Origin: Candidatus Latescibacterota bacterium
GTDB taxonomy: Bacteria > Latescibacterota > UBA2968 > UBA8231
Assembly (NCBI GenBank): GCA_965215195.1
Contig: CBDCDC010000002.1
Location: 1,280,001-1,344,000, forward strand
Direction: 5' to 3'
DNA: 64,000 bases
Made by a program: the position numbers and the translations under genes. Below the pieces are notes generated by a model. The model was not told the DNA's origin, made no database searches, and saw only the letters and a program-made list of their open reading frames with translations. Shown here piece after piece: positions 1-9,584 of this stretch; the stretch's first letter is position 1; each line of letters begins with the position of its first letter.

Positions 1-935
1 GGCACCAGCTCTTTGGCGAAGGCGGGGCCGGCCCTTGGGAACACACGCCCGCGGGCCAGCAGCTTTGGGACTGGATCAAAAGCAACCCCAAGACGCGGGA
101 GGCCGACAACTTGGAGATCGAGTCCCCGCAGGGCGGCACCCGGTTTTGGAACCTGAAGGTCTTAGACTTGGAGGGGGCCTTGCCCGGGCATCTGTTGTTA
201 GTGGTGGACGACCAGACTCAGCGCAAACTTTTGGAACTTCACTACGTTCAGGCCGAGAAGCTGGCCGCCCTCGGCGAGATGGCCGCGGGCGTGGCGCACG
301 AGATCAAGAATCCGCTGGCGATCATCCGGCACGCCTACGAGCTGCTGGCGCAGATTGTCCCGCAGGAAGTGGAGGGGCGCGACCAAGCGCTCAGGCCCCT
401 CGGCGCGGCTATCGGCCGGATCGATGAACGAGTGGTCAATCTGCTCGACTTTGCCCGACCCGCCCAGCAGGTGCAGGAGTTGGTTGACCCAACGGGCATC
501 CTCCGGCAACTGGTCGATCTCGAACAGAAACACGCCGAGCACCTTGGCATCGCCATTGAGGTCCGTCTGCACGCGGTGCCGCCGGTGTGGGTGAATCGGG
601 ACATGCTCAAGGATGTTTTTCTCAATTTGATTAGCAACGCGTTTGCGGCCATGCCCGATGGCGGCAAGTTGCTGATTTCGGCCGCGCAGCGGGACGATTG
701 GGTGGTGGTCGGGGTCGGCGATACCGGGGCGGGCATTTCCCCAAAGCACCTCCGGCAGATATTTGAGCCGTTTTACTCGACCAAGCCGCCGGGGCAGGGC
801 ACGGGGCTGGGATTGGCCATCGTCCACCGGCAAATACAGGAGATCGGCGGCCGGATTGAGGTCGAAAGCGCGCCGGACCAAGGCACGCGCTTTTCGCTAT
901 ATCTACCTACGGCAAACCCAGAGAGGAACGATTGA
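1..935 (+). CDS. Sensor histidine kinase (NtrB-like), 5' end outside window
   Basis: H-box AAGVAHEIKNPL, N-box NLISNA, G-boxes DTGAGI and GQGTGLGL. Confidence 0.9.
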   Translation, partial: HQLFGEGGAGPWEHTPAGQQLWDWIKSNPKTREADNLEIESPQGGTRFWNLKVLDLEGALPGHLLLVVDDQTQRKLLELHYVQAEKLAALGEMAAGVAHEIKNPLAIIRHAYELLAQIVPQEVEGRDQALRPLGAAIGRIDERVVNLLDFARPAQQVQELVDPTGILRQLVDLEQKHAEHLGIAIEVRLHAVPPVWVNRDMLKDVFLNLISNAFAAMPDGGKLLISAAQRDDWVVVGVGDTGAGISPKHLRQIFEPFYSTKPPGQGTGLGLAIVHRQIQEIGGRIEVESAPDQGTRFSLYLPTANPERND

Positions 936-936
936 C

Positions 937-2322
937 ATGGGCAAACGCAAGGGCAGGATACTCATGGTAGACGACGAGCAGGACTTGTTGGATTTGTCGG
1001 CCATTCTGTTGCGCCGCGAGGGCTTGGCGGTTTCTACCTGCGCCGGTGGCAAAGCGGCCCTAAGCCTGCTGAATAACGAGGAGTTCGATCTCATCCTCCT
1101 CGATTTGAGGATGCCGGGCTTGGACGGCCTCGGCTTCTTGGAGCTCTTCAAAAAGCAGCAACGCCGCGAAGAAGTCGTCATTCTGACGGCCTACGCCGAT
1201 GTGGAAAGTGCGGTGAAAGCCGTCAAGTTGGGGGCCTATGGCTACCTGTCCAAACCCTTTGACATCGGGGAAGTGCTGGCGCATCTCGACCGCATCTTGG
1301 AGTTGCAGGCTCTGCGCTCTGAAAACGAGGCCCTGCGGCGGGAGCAGCGGGGCGAGTTCGGCAACTTGGTGGGCCAAAGCGAGGGCATGAGACAGCTCTA
1401 CCAGCTCATCGAGGATGTGGCGCCCACGCCGGTCACCGTACTGATTCGGGGCGAGAGCGGGACCGGCAAGGAACTGGTGGCCAACGCCATTCACAACACC
1501 AGCGACCGCGCCGGCAAGCCTTTTGTGCGCTGCAATTGCGCGGCCTTGTCGCCGGGCGTGCTGGAGAGCGAACTCTTCGGCCACGTCAAGGGGGCCTTTA
1601 CCGGAGCGGTGCGCGACCGCGCCGGCCGGTTTGCCGAGGCCGACGGCGGCTCCTTGTTCCTCGACGAGATCGGCGATCTCGAAACCAATATGCAGATTCG
1701 GCTCTTGCGCGTGATACAGGAAGGGGAGTTTGAGCCGGTGGGATCGACCCAGACCCAGCAAGTGGATGTGCGCTTGATCACCGCTACGCACCAAGATCTC
1801 GAAGCCCGCATTGAGGAGGGCACTTTCCGCGAAGATCTCTACTACCGCATCAACGCCCTGACCATTGAAATACCGCCGCTGCGGGAGCGCATGAGCGACC
1901 TGCCGCTCTTGTGCGCCTTCTTCGTCAACCGCTACAACCGGGTGCTCCACAAGCGCGTTGAGGGGTTTACCAGCGAGGCCCTGCAATGCTTGGAGGAATA
2001 CAACTGGCCCGGCAATGTGCGCGAACTGGAAAACGCGATCATGCGGGCGATGACCGTGGCCAAAGGCGACGACGTAGAGATCAAACACCTGCCCGCCTCC
2101 CTTGCTAGTGGGATGGCACCGGCCTATCGCGGCGAGGAGGCGTACTACGATATTCCGCAGCCGCTCTTCCACGAGGCGCGCGAGCAGTTCGAGCGCCTCT
2201 TTCTCCGCCGGGCTCTAGAGCGGGCCAACGGCAACGTAAGCCGGACCGCGGCCGCCATTCAATTGAGCCGGAGGAATCTACAGCGGAAGATCAAGCAATA
2301 CGAACTAGACGTTCGCGGATGA
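937..2322 (+). CDS. Sigma-54-dependent response regulator (NtrC/AtoC family)
   Basis: REC domain (DLRMPGLDG), Walker A GESGTGKE, GAFTGA, C-terminal Fis HTH; ATG 937 directly after the kinase stop. Confidence 0.93.
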   Translation: MGKRKGRILMVDDEQDLLDLSAILLRREGLAVSTCAGGKAALSLLNNEEFDLILLDLRMPGLDGLGFLELFKKQQRREEVVILTAYADVESAVKAVKLGAYGYLSKPFDIGEVLAHLDRILELQALRSENEALRREQRGEFGNLVGQSEGMRQLYQLIEDVAPTPVTVLIRGESGTGKELVANAIHNTSDRAGKPFVRCNCAALSPGVLESELFGHVKGAFTGAVRDRAGRFAEADGGSLFLDEIGDLETNMQIRLLRVIQEGEFEPVGSTQTQQVDVRLITATHQDLEARIEEGTFREDLYYRINALTIEIPPLRERMSDLPLLCAFFVNRYNRVLHKRVEGFTSEALQCLEEYNWPGNVRELENAIMRAMTVAKGDDVEIKHLPASLASGMAPAYRGEEAYYDIPQPLFHEAREQFERLFLRRALERANGNVSRTAAAIQLSRRNLQRKIKQYELDVRG

Positions 2323-2342
2323 GGGCGCGTGAACTCTGTCGC

Positions 2343-2837
2343 TCATTCGTCCTCTAAAGGGCCGAGCAATTCGTCTAGCTTGGCCTTGAGCTTCTTTTCG
2401 TCTCCGGGCCGATACCCTTGGTGTTTGTACCACACTGTCCTGTCGGCCGCAATAATTAGGGTCGCCGGGACGCCCACTAGGTGGAACTGCTTGAGCACCT
2501 CATTGGTCTTGTCGAGCAAGACCGGCAACTTGAGCTTGTGGCGCTGCATAAAGGGCCGCACCTTGGGCAGGTTCCTCGGGCCATCGATGTTGATCGTCAG
2601 CACCTGAACGCCGCGCTTGGCGTACTCTGCGGATAGGGCTTGGAGCTTGGGCAGGCTCTTGATACAGGGCTTGCACCAAGTCGCCCAGAAGTCGAAGACC
2701 ACTGGCCCTTTTTTGAGCGCCTCTACCAGCGAAAAGGTCGATCCGTCGAGGTTTTCCAACGCGAGTTGCGGGGCCTTTTCGGCGCGAGCCGAGCCGCCAA
2801 GCAGCAAGCAGGTTGTCAAGGCAAAAATTGATTTCAT
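2343..2837 (-). CDS. TlpA-family disulfide reductase with signal peptide
   Basis: DFWATWCKPC motif and cis-Pro GVP; start taken at MKSIFAL after GGAGG. Confidence 0.88.
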   Translation of the reverse strand: MKSIFALTTCLLLGGSARAEKAPQLALENLDGSTFSLVEALKKGPVVFDFWATWCKPCIKSLPKLQALSAEYAKRGVQVLTINIDGPRNLPKVRPFMQRHKLKLPVLLDKTNEVLKQFHLVGVPATLIIAADRTVWYKHQGYRPGDEKKLKAKLDELLGPLEDE

Positions 2838-2872
2838 TTTGGGCCTCCGTTTTTCTCTATAAGGACCAAGCC

Positions 2873-4396
2873 ATGCGCTCCGTTCCCGCATTTGTATTGC
2901 TGCTAACCGCTCCCCTCCAAGCCGAGGTGCGCCTTTCAACCCTGACCGAAGCCCAAGTCGGCAACCTGCCCGGCGCACAGGCGGACGCTCTGCGGACGAT
3001 CTACCACCAGTTCAGCCTCGACTATGCGCTCGCCGATTTCCAGTTCGGGATCCGCGGCGAGACCTTTGGCACTAGCGCAGCCAATCGCAACTACGGCCAG
3101 CTTCTCCAGCGCTCTGCCTCCTACCGTCGGAGTGGCTTTGAAGCCACGGTCGGGCATTTCTACACCATCGTCGGCAGCGGCCTGCTCGTCCACGCCTTTG
3201 AGCTGCCCGGCGTCATCACCGAGGAGCGGGGCACTCGCCGCCGCTACCAGATCGTGCGCGACCTCGACGGCGTGCAGGTGCGCTACCGCGCCAAGTGGGC
3301 CGATATGCTGCTGCTGCGCGGCGCACCGGTCAACAGTACGCTGCCGCCCGGCTTGGACGGGGTTGACCGCCGCCCAGACGCACTCCACGCCGGCTCGCTC
3401 CAGCTCAAGCCGCACCCGCATTTCGACGTTGGGGTTAGCGCCATCCGCTACGCAGTCGGCAGGGGGCAAGAAACGAGTGCGGCCTTCAATGCTCGCTGGC
3501 GGCTCGCGCCTTTGCTGGATCGTCTCGGCCTCGCCGGAGTCTATGCCGATCTCCAGGGCGAGTACGCCCAGCGCGATGTGGAGCTCAAGCGCTTCTTTTC
3601 GCTGGACCGCAGTTTGGGCCGCGCCCTGTACCTAGCAACCACCTTGGCGTTCGGACCGTGGGGCTTGAGCTTGGAATACAAAGACTACCAAGACTTCGCC
3701 CTCGAACACATCAACAATCCTCCGCCCCTGATCCGCGAACACTCGGCCTATCTCCTCAACCGCATCACGCACGACGTGCTCGCCGACGACGAGCAGGGCT
3801 ACCAAGCCGAACTGAGTTACGCCTTACCCAGCGGCCAAACCCTCACCGCCAATGCGACCCGCGCCACGCGCCGCCGCGACTCGGGCACAGCCGACGACAA
3901 CGTCCTGCGCGAATTCTTTGTGCAGATGGATTCACCTTGGGGCCAACGCGCCGAGGTGCAGCTTTTTGCCGACTTTACCCACAACCAGATTCTCCTCGAC
4001 GACAAAAGCCGCCTCTTGGGCACGCGCTGGGCGTGGTCGCCAGATGAGTTTTACACCTTCGAGCTAGACGCCCAATTCCAAGACGTCGATCGGCGGTTCG
4101 GCAACCTAGCCTATCCCTACACCAACCACTACTATGCCCTAGCGGTCCATCGCGCGCCCGGCCTCTCCGCGGCCGTGCAGGTCCAGCGCACCTCCGACGA
4201 ATTGGAAACCGGGGCCGACCCCTCTGGCATCACTTGGTGGCGGGGCTTCAACATCGGTGCCGATATTGGCGAGGGCCACAGCCTCAGTGTTTTCGCCGGC
4301 CAGCGCCGCTCGGGCTTGGCCTGCACGGCCGGTATTTGCTACGAGGTGCTAGGGTTCAAGGGGGTTGAGGTCCGGCTGCTCAATCGCTTCTTCTGA
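2873..4396 (+). CDS. DUF6029-like outer-membrane beta-barrel protein
   Basis: Signal peptide MRSVPAFVLLLTAPLQA, alternating beta-strand pattern, C-terminal GLACTAGICY...RFF. Confidence 0.6.
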   Translation: MRSVPAFVLLLTAPLQAEVRLSTLTEAQVGNLPGAQADALRTIYHQFSLDYALADFQFGIRGETFGTSAANRNYGQLLQRSASYRRSGFEATVGHFYTIVGSGLLVHAFELPGVITEERGTRRRYQIVRDLDGVQVRYRAKWADMLLLRGAPVNSTLPPGLDGVDRRPDALHAGSLQLKPHPHFDVGVSAIRYAVGRGQETSAAFNARWRLAPLLDRLGLAGVYADLQGEYAQRDVELKRFFSLDRSLGRALYLATTLAFGPWGLSLEYKDYQDFALEHINNPPPLIREHSAYLLNRITHDVLADDEQGYQAELSYALPSGQTLTANATRATRRRDSGTADDNVLREFFVQMDSPWGQRAEVQLFADFTHNQILLDDKSRLLGTRWAWSPDEFYTFELDAQFQDVDRRFGNLAYPYTNHYYALAVHRAPGLSAAVQVQRTSDELETGADPSGITWWRGFNIGADIGEGHSLSVFAGQRRSGLACTAGICYEVLGFKGVEVRLLNRFF

Positions 4397-4398
4397 TC

Positions 4399-5220
4399 TC
4401 ATCGCAGCAGCAGCAGCTTGCGGACCTGGGTGTACTCGTCGGCTCGCAACTGGTACAGGTACACTCCGCTAGGCACCGCCTGCCCCGTTTGATCGCGGCC
4501 GTCCCAGCGCACCGCGAACGTCCCGGCCGCGCTAGGCCCCTGTGCGAGCACGGCCACCGGCTGGCCGAGCAGATTGTAGATCGCCAGCTCAACTTGGCTC
4601 GGCTGCGGCAGGGCGAAGCGGATCACCGTATTGCTGTTGAACGGATTAGGTGCGTTCTGCGCTAGGGCGAAGGCTTGGGGAGCGGACGCCTGAGCGGACG
4701 CCACTGCCGTTTCCTCCTCTAAGGGGGGAAGATCGGCCAGCGCCAGCACCACCTCGTCGCGGAGTTCGTCCATGGGTATTAGGAAATTGGTCTTTAGGCG
4801 GAGGAAACCCTCGTGGTCGATGATGACAAAGGTCTGGTAGGTTTGCCCATACGCGGCTGCCATCTGGCTGGCGTTCAGCAGAAAGGGCATGGTCGCGCCT
4901 TGGCCCAAGCGCCAGCGGGTCCGCACTTGGGCTGCCGTGCCGTCCCACACATCGGCACCCAAGGCGACAAAGCACTCGTCGGCAAATTCCTGCCAGATTT
5001 CTTCAAAGCTCTCGGCACGCGAGAGACAGGCCGGTCAGCCATAGCCAAGGAAGAAGATCAGCACCACTTGGCCCTCGAAGTCGCTCAGGGCTGCTTGGCC
5101 GCCATCGAGCCGGTCTAAGCGGAAATCCGCGGCCGGATCGCCGGCGCGCGGCACTTGGGCCTCTAGGGCTGAAGCGCCTAACACCGCTAACGTTGTTAGA
5201 TGCAACAAAGGTTTGTTCAC
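4399..5220 (-). CDS. Putative selenoprotein: AhpC/TSA-like redoxin (UxxC) with C-terminal FlgD-Ig/T9SS-like domain
   Basis: ORFs 5035..5226 and 4399..4962 are in one frame separated only by TGA 5035-5037, reading FFLGYG-U-PAC; GTG start 5220 after AGGAGG; tail QNAPNPFN...WDGRD...SGVYLYQL. Confidence 0.8.
5009..5025 (-). promoter_or_regulatory. Candidate bacterial SECIS hairpin
   Basis: CUCUCG-CGUGC-CGAGAG stem-loop starting 9 nt after the in-frame UGA, G at loop position 2. Confidence 0.55.
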
Positions 5221-5231
5221 AATCAACCTCC

Positions 5232-6092
5232 TTAGTGTTGCCGCGCGAATTTCTGAATGCGGTGGTCGGCCTGCACTTCACCCACGTACAGGTCGCCGCG
5301 GGAGTTCATCCAGATGCCGTGGGGGCAGCCGAGGAATTCCCCGGGCTGGTCGCTGCGCTCGCCCGATCCCCATTGCGCCAGCCATTCGCCGTCGAGGTTG
5401 AGGATGCTCACCCGCTGGTCGAGTTCCGCGACATAGACCGTATCTCCGTCGAGGAAGATCGTGTCGGGATGGTGAAAGCCGCCCCACTCCGCTAGGTAGT
5501 TGCCGTCGAGGTCGAAGAACTGGATGCGGTTGTTGGCGCGGTCGGCCACCATCAGCCGCCCGCGCTGGTCAACGCGCACACAGTGGGGCAGATCGAACTC
5601 CCCCGGGCCGGTGCCCGGACAGCCCCACGTCTTGATGAATTCGCCGTCGGGTGAGTACTTGTGGATGCAGGCGTTGCCGTAGCCGTCGGACACGTATATA
5701 TAGCCGTCGGCGTCGAGCGCCAAGTCCGTGGGCAGCCGGAAGGGCTGGCCTGGTGCGCCCTCTTGGTCCGGCGTTCCCAAGGTCATCAGCAACTCGCCGT
5801 CGCGGGTGAACTGGCGCACGCAGTGGGTTTCGCGCTCGACGCACCAGATTTGGTCGCGGTCGTCGATAAAGATGCCGTGGGCGTCCTTGAGCACCTCGTC
5901 GCCCCACGAGGCCACGAAGCGTCCCTCGCTATCGAAGACGATCATGGGATGCTCGCTGCGGCTGTACACATAGACCCGATCCTCGGAGTCGCAGGCCACG
6001 GCCGGAACCCAGCCAAAGCACCAGCCCTCGGGCAACTCAAACCAATCCTGCTGCACTGCATAGGTGAATACTCCGCTGCCAACTAAGGTCAT
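5232..6092 (-). CDS. NHL-repeat protein (peptidyl-alpha-hydroxyglycine lyase-like)
   Basis: Repeated F..P......D..G..YV.D units; SDGYGNACIHKY. Confidence 0.85.
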   Translation of the reverse strand: MTLVGSGVFTYAVQQDWFELPEGWCFGWVPAVACDSEDRVYVYSRSEHPMIVFDSEGRFVASWGDEVLKDAHGIFIDDRDQIWCVERETHCVRQFTRDGELLMTLGTPDQEGAPGQPFRLPTDLALDADGYIYVSDGYGNACIHKYSPDGEFIKTWGCPGTGPGEFDLPHCVRVDQRGRLMVADRANNRIQFFDLDGNYLAEWGGFHHPDTIFLDGDTVYVAELDQRVSILNLDGEWLAQWGSGERSDQPGEFLGCPHGIWMNSRGDLYVGEVQADHRIQKFARQH

Positions 6093-6214
6093 GGGACCCT
6101 CCTCGTTACAATGGTTTGTGTGCTTCTGAGTTACGCGGCTTTTGGCCGCCCGTTTGAGGCCCGTGCGCTACGGTGAAACGCGGGAAGGACCCCGGGCGGG
6201 GCTGCTAACGATCG

Positions 6215-7135
6215 TTATTCCCGCAACCGCTCCATCTCGTCGGCGGGCAAAAGCCGTGCTCCGGCTGCGGCGTTGGCGCGGGCTTGGGCCGCGGACTTGG
6301 CGCCGGGGATGGCCACGGGCGCGGCTGGATGGGAAATGACGTATTGGAGGGCTTTCTCCACCATGGCTCCTCCGGGCGCGGCGACCTCGGCGAGGTGCTC
6401 AACTTGCGCCAGCTTGGCCTCGAAGTCAGTGCGCTGCGACTCGCCGGCGTTGAAGGACTGCCGCACTTCGTCGGTAAAAACCGACTCCTTGGTGTAGCGC
6501 CCGGACAAAAGCCCCTTGGCCAGCGGCCCCCGCACCAGCACGGCAATGCCCTGCTCTTGGCAATAGGGCAACAGCTCGGCTTCGGCTTGCAGGTTGACCA
6601 GCGAATAGTCTATCTCCACCACCGAACAATCGCCCCGGGCGTTGAAGCGCTGGAGCACCTCTAGGCTGTCGGTCGAAATGCCAAAGGCCCGCAGCCGCCC
6701 TTCCTCGACCAGCGCGGCAAAGGCATCCAAGTAGATCGACGGGTCGGCGATGTTGCCCTCGTGGCACAGCAGCACGTCGTGCCAGTCCGTGCGCAGCCGG
6801 TGCAGGGAGGCGTGGGCGCACAGGCGGATCATATCGACCGTGGTTTTGGGTACGCCCTGCCCGGTGCGCGCCCCCCAATTGCCGATTTTGCTGACCACAA
6901 AAACTTGGTGGCGGATGCCGGCCAAGGCGCGTCCCAACCGCTCCTCAGACAGCCCGTTGGGCGTGCCGTAGGACTCGGCCGCGTCGAAGAGATTGACGCC
7001 GCAGTCAAAGGCCGTGCGCACGGTGTCCCAAGCGGTGGGCTCGTCGATAGGCCCCCATTGGTTGCCGATGTTCCAAGTTCCCAAACCAATGGCCGAGACT
7101 TGCCAGTCCGTCCGGCCAAATGCTCTGTACAACAT
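6215..7135 (-). CDS. Aldo/keto reductase
   Basis: IGLGTW, FDAAESYG, PLAKGLLSG, IPGAKS motifs. Confidence 0.9.
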   Translation of the reverse strand: MLYRAFGRTDWQVSAIGLGTWNIGNQWGPIDEPTAWDTVRTAFDCGVNLFDAAESYGTPNGLSEERLGRALAGIRHQVFVVSKIGNWGARTGQGVPKTTVDMIRLCAHASLHRLRTDWHDVLLCHEGNIADPSIYLDAFAALVEEGRLRAFGISTDSLEVLQRFNARGDCSVVEIDYSLVNLQAEAELLPYCQEQGIAVLVRGPLAKGLLSGRYTKESVFTDEVRQSFNAGESQRTDFEAKLAQVEHLAEVAAPGGAMVEKALQYVISHPAAPVAIPGAKSAAQARANAAAGARLLPADEMERLRE

Positions 7136-7674
7136 GCGTTGTCTCCTTTCTGCGTTTCAAGGTAAGGGACCGCCTGTGCTGGTCAAGCGGTGCGCGTTGC
7201 CGAGCCTCCCTTTCAGGATTCGACTCAAACGTCGGTGGAACTGTTTTTCGATGTGTCCGCCGATTCGACCTTTGGAGCAGCCACGCCACCTTGGGTCAAA
7301 CGCCCACCGGCTACCGCGTTGAGTACCGCTTCGCAAGCGGTAGCCGGCTGTTGGGGGCGACGCCGACCCTGACGAATGCGTCTCTTGTACTTGATCGTGC
7401 CGACGCACCCTATCAAACGGCTCGGCCCCCTTTGCGCTGCGGATTTTCGTCAATGAGCCGTAGAGTCTCTAACAAAACCTTTTTATGGGGTTTAGGGTGA
7501 TCTATATTCGTTTTGGTATGGGTGGTATGGGGTTTGTTCATGGCCAAGCCCTTAGGTCGCCTCTATCGCTCGTCCGCTGGATAATCTCGGCCGTGATCAT
7601 GGGGCGGGTAGGAACCGCCTCGACCACGGTCAACTCACTAGCACCATTGGTTAAATACTTTAATGGAGGCTGCG

Positions 7675-7875
7675 ATGGAATACTTTGGCAAGGGGCTGTA
7701 CCTAATTTTCTTCGCACTAATTTTCTGGTTCGTCCACCGGGTTCAAGACCGCGGCCTCAGCCGCCTCATCGAGGACAACCACCGGGCACACGAGCGGGTC
7801 CACCGCACCCTAAAGGAGCACCCGGAGGGCGGCACTTGGCCCCAATACCAGCAGTGGATGGAGGACGCAGCATGA
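7675..7875 (+). CDS. Small membrane-anchored hypothetical protein
   Basis: GGAGG then ATG; one hydrophobic helix; stop overlaps the msrA ATG (ATGA). Confidence 0.55.
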   Translation: MEYFGKGLYLIFFALIFWFVHRVQDRGLSRLIEDNHRAHERVHRTLKEHPEGGTWPQYQQWMEDAA

Positions 7876-8423
7876 GTTTGGAAACTACCACCTTGGGCGC
7901 GGGCTGTTTCTGGTGCGTCGAAGCTGTGTACCAAGACCTGCGGGGAGTCGCCAGCGCGGTCTCCGGCTATATGGGCGGCGCGCTGGAGCATCCCACGTAC
8001 CAAGCCGTTTGCAGCGGCCAGACCGGGCACGCCGAGGTCGTACAAATACAGTTCGACCCCGAGGTCATCAGCTTTGCCGACCTGCTCTACATTTTCTGGC
8101 GCACGCACGACCCCACCACGCTCAACCGCCAAGGCGCGGACTGCGGCACCCAGTACCGCTCGGTGATTTTCTACCACAGCCCTGAGCAGCAAGCGACGGC
8201 TGTCGCCTCTAGGGCCGCTGCGGACGCGAGCGACCTCTGGGCCGATCCGATTGTGACCGCAATCGCGCCCGCCAGTGCCTTTTGGCCGGCCGAGTCGCAC
8301 CACCAAAACTACTACCGGCTCAATCCCAACCAGCCCTACTGCGCGGTGGTCATCGATCCCAAGATGCAGGCGTTCCGCCGCAAGTTTGCCGACCGCCTCC
8401 AGCCGCCTGTCTCAGCGTCGTGA
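7872..8423 (+). CDS. msrA: Peptide-methionine (S)-S-oxide reductase
   Basis: GAGCFWC, TGHAEVV, HDPTTLNRQGAD, QYRS. Confidence 0.95.
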   Translation: MSLETTTLGAGCFWCVEAVYQDLRGVASAVSGYMGGALEHPTYQAVCSGQTGHAEVVQIQFDPEVISFADLLYIFWRTHDPTTLNRQGADCGTQYRSVIFYHSPEQQATAVASRAAADASDLWADPIVTAIAPASAFWPAESHHQNYYRLNPNQPYCAVVIDPKMQAFRRKFADRLQPPVSAS

Positions 8424-9571
8424 CGACCATCATCAGCCGGCTGCACGCCGCGGACTTTGAAGAGGCCCTCGACGTCCTCAACCTCGCCTTTGGCAAAGCG
8501 CCGCCGCGGGATTTTGCGGCCATTCTGCCGGCCCTGTACCGGCGCGGGGAAGAGGAGATGAGTTGGAACTTTGCCTTGCGCGAAAGGGGCCGCATTCGCG
8601 CCATCGTCGGGCTGTTCCCCCTTGCTGGCCGATGGGGCGGTGAGATCTTGCGCGTGGCTGGCATCGGCGGCGTTTCCTGCCATCCGCACGCCCGCGGCCG
8701 GGGCTACATGCAGCAGCTCATGGACCATTGCGTCCAAGCCGCGCCGGCAGAGGGTTTTCACCTGTCTTGGCTGGGGGGCCAGCGCCAGCGCTACGGCTAC
8801 TTTGGCTACGAGAAGTGCGGCGTTTACTACCGGCTCGCGCTGAGTCAAACCAATGTGCGCCACGCCTTGGGAGCAGCCGATTTCGGGATCGACTTTCGCC
8901 CGCTGGCGCGCGACGACCGCACGCATCTGCAAGGCGCGATTGGCCTGCACGATGCCCAGCCGTTTCGCGGGGTGCGCGCCCCGCACCGCTTCTACGACCT
9001 GCTCCTGAGTTGGGGCCATCGGCCCTATGTGGCCCGCTCGCGCGATGGCCGCATGATCGGCTACCTCGTGGCCCAAGCCGACCGGACGTGCGTCACCGAA
9101 CTGTTGGCCGTCAATGAAGGTGCCCCCGAACTGGACATAGCCGCTGCTTGGGTGCAGCGCCACGGAGATACTCGCTTTGAGTTGCCGCCTTGGAGCCGCC
9201 TCCTGCCCAAGCTGGCCCAGCTCTGCGAAGGCGCGAGCGCATCGAGTTCGGGCAACTGGCAAATTTTCGATTGGGCGACGACGCTCAACGCCTTGCTCAA
9301 GACGCGCACCGCGCTAGGGCCCCTGCTGGACGGCGCGGTCGTCGTGGAGATTGAAGGCTATGGTCGGGTCGCGCTGGAGGTGCGAGAAAACGCCGCCCAG
9401 TGCGTCCGCACCGAGGCCGCGCCCGCCCTGCAGATGGATACTCTCACGGCCATGCGCCTGCTCTGCGGCCCCCTGCCGCCCTCGCTGGTGTTGCCCCTGC
9501 CCGCTGCGGCCGCCCCCCTCGAACAGTGGTGCCCCCTGCCGCTTTTTTGGGGCCGCCAAGACGCGGTCTAA
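8420..9571 (+). CDS. GNAT acetyltransferase (Eis-like)
   Basis: IGGVSCHPHARGRGYM acetyl-CoA motif; GTGA overlap with msrA. Confidence 0.8.
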   Translation: MTTIISRLHAADFEEALDVLNLAFGKAPPRDFAAILPALYRRGEEEMSWNFALRERGRIRAIVGLFPLAGRWGGEILRVAGIGGVSCHPHARGRGYMQQLMDHCVQAAPAEGFHLSWLGGQRQRYGYFGYEKCGVYYRLALSQTNVRHALGAADFGIDFRPLARDDRTHLQGAIGLHDAQPFRGVRAPHRFYDLLLSWGHRPYVARSRDGRMIGYLVAQADRTCVTELLAVNEGAPELDIAAAWVQRHGDTRFELPPWSRLLPKLAQLCEGASASSSGNWQIFDWATTLNALLKTRTALGPLLDGAVVVEIEGYGRVALEVRENAAQCVRTEAAPALQMDTLTAMRLLCGPLPPSLVLPLPAAAAPLEQWCPLPLFWGRQDAV

Positions 9572-9584
9572 AGAATCTGGGAAC

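Noticed and set aside
1060-2172. Long antisense ORFs (also 8336-9262, 25480-26388, 42375-43571, 57310-58194)
   Set aside because: Shadow ORFs opposite well-supported genes, expected at high GC; no recognisable motifs.
7460-7660. Possible IS end (TAGAGTCTCTAACAAAACC) and gene relic
   Set aside because: No partner inverted repeat, second copy or transposase similarity could be established.
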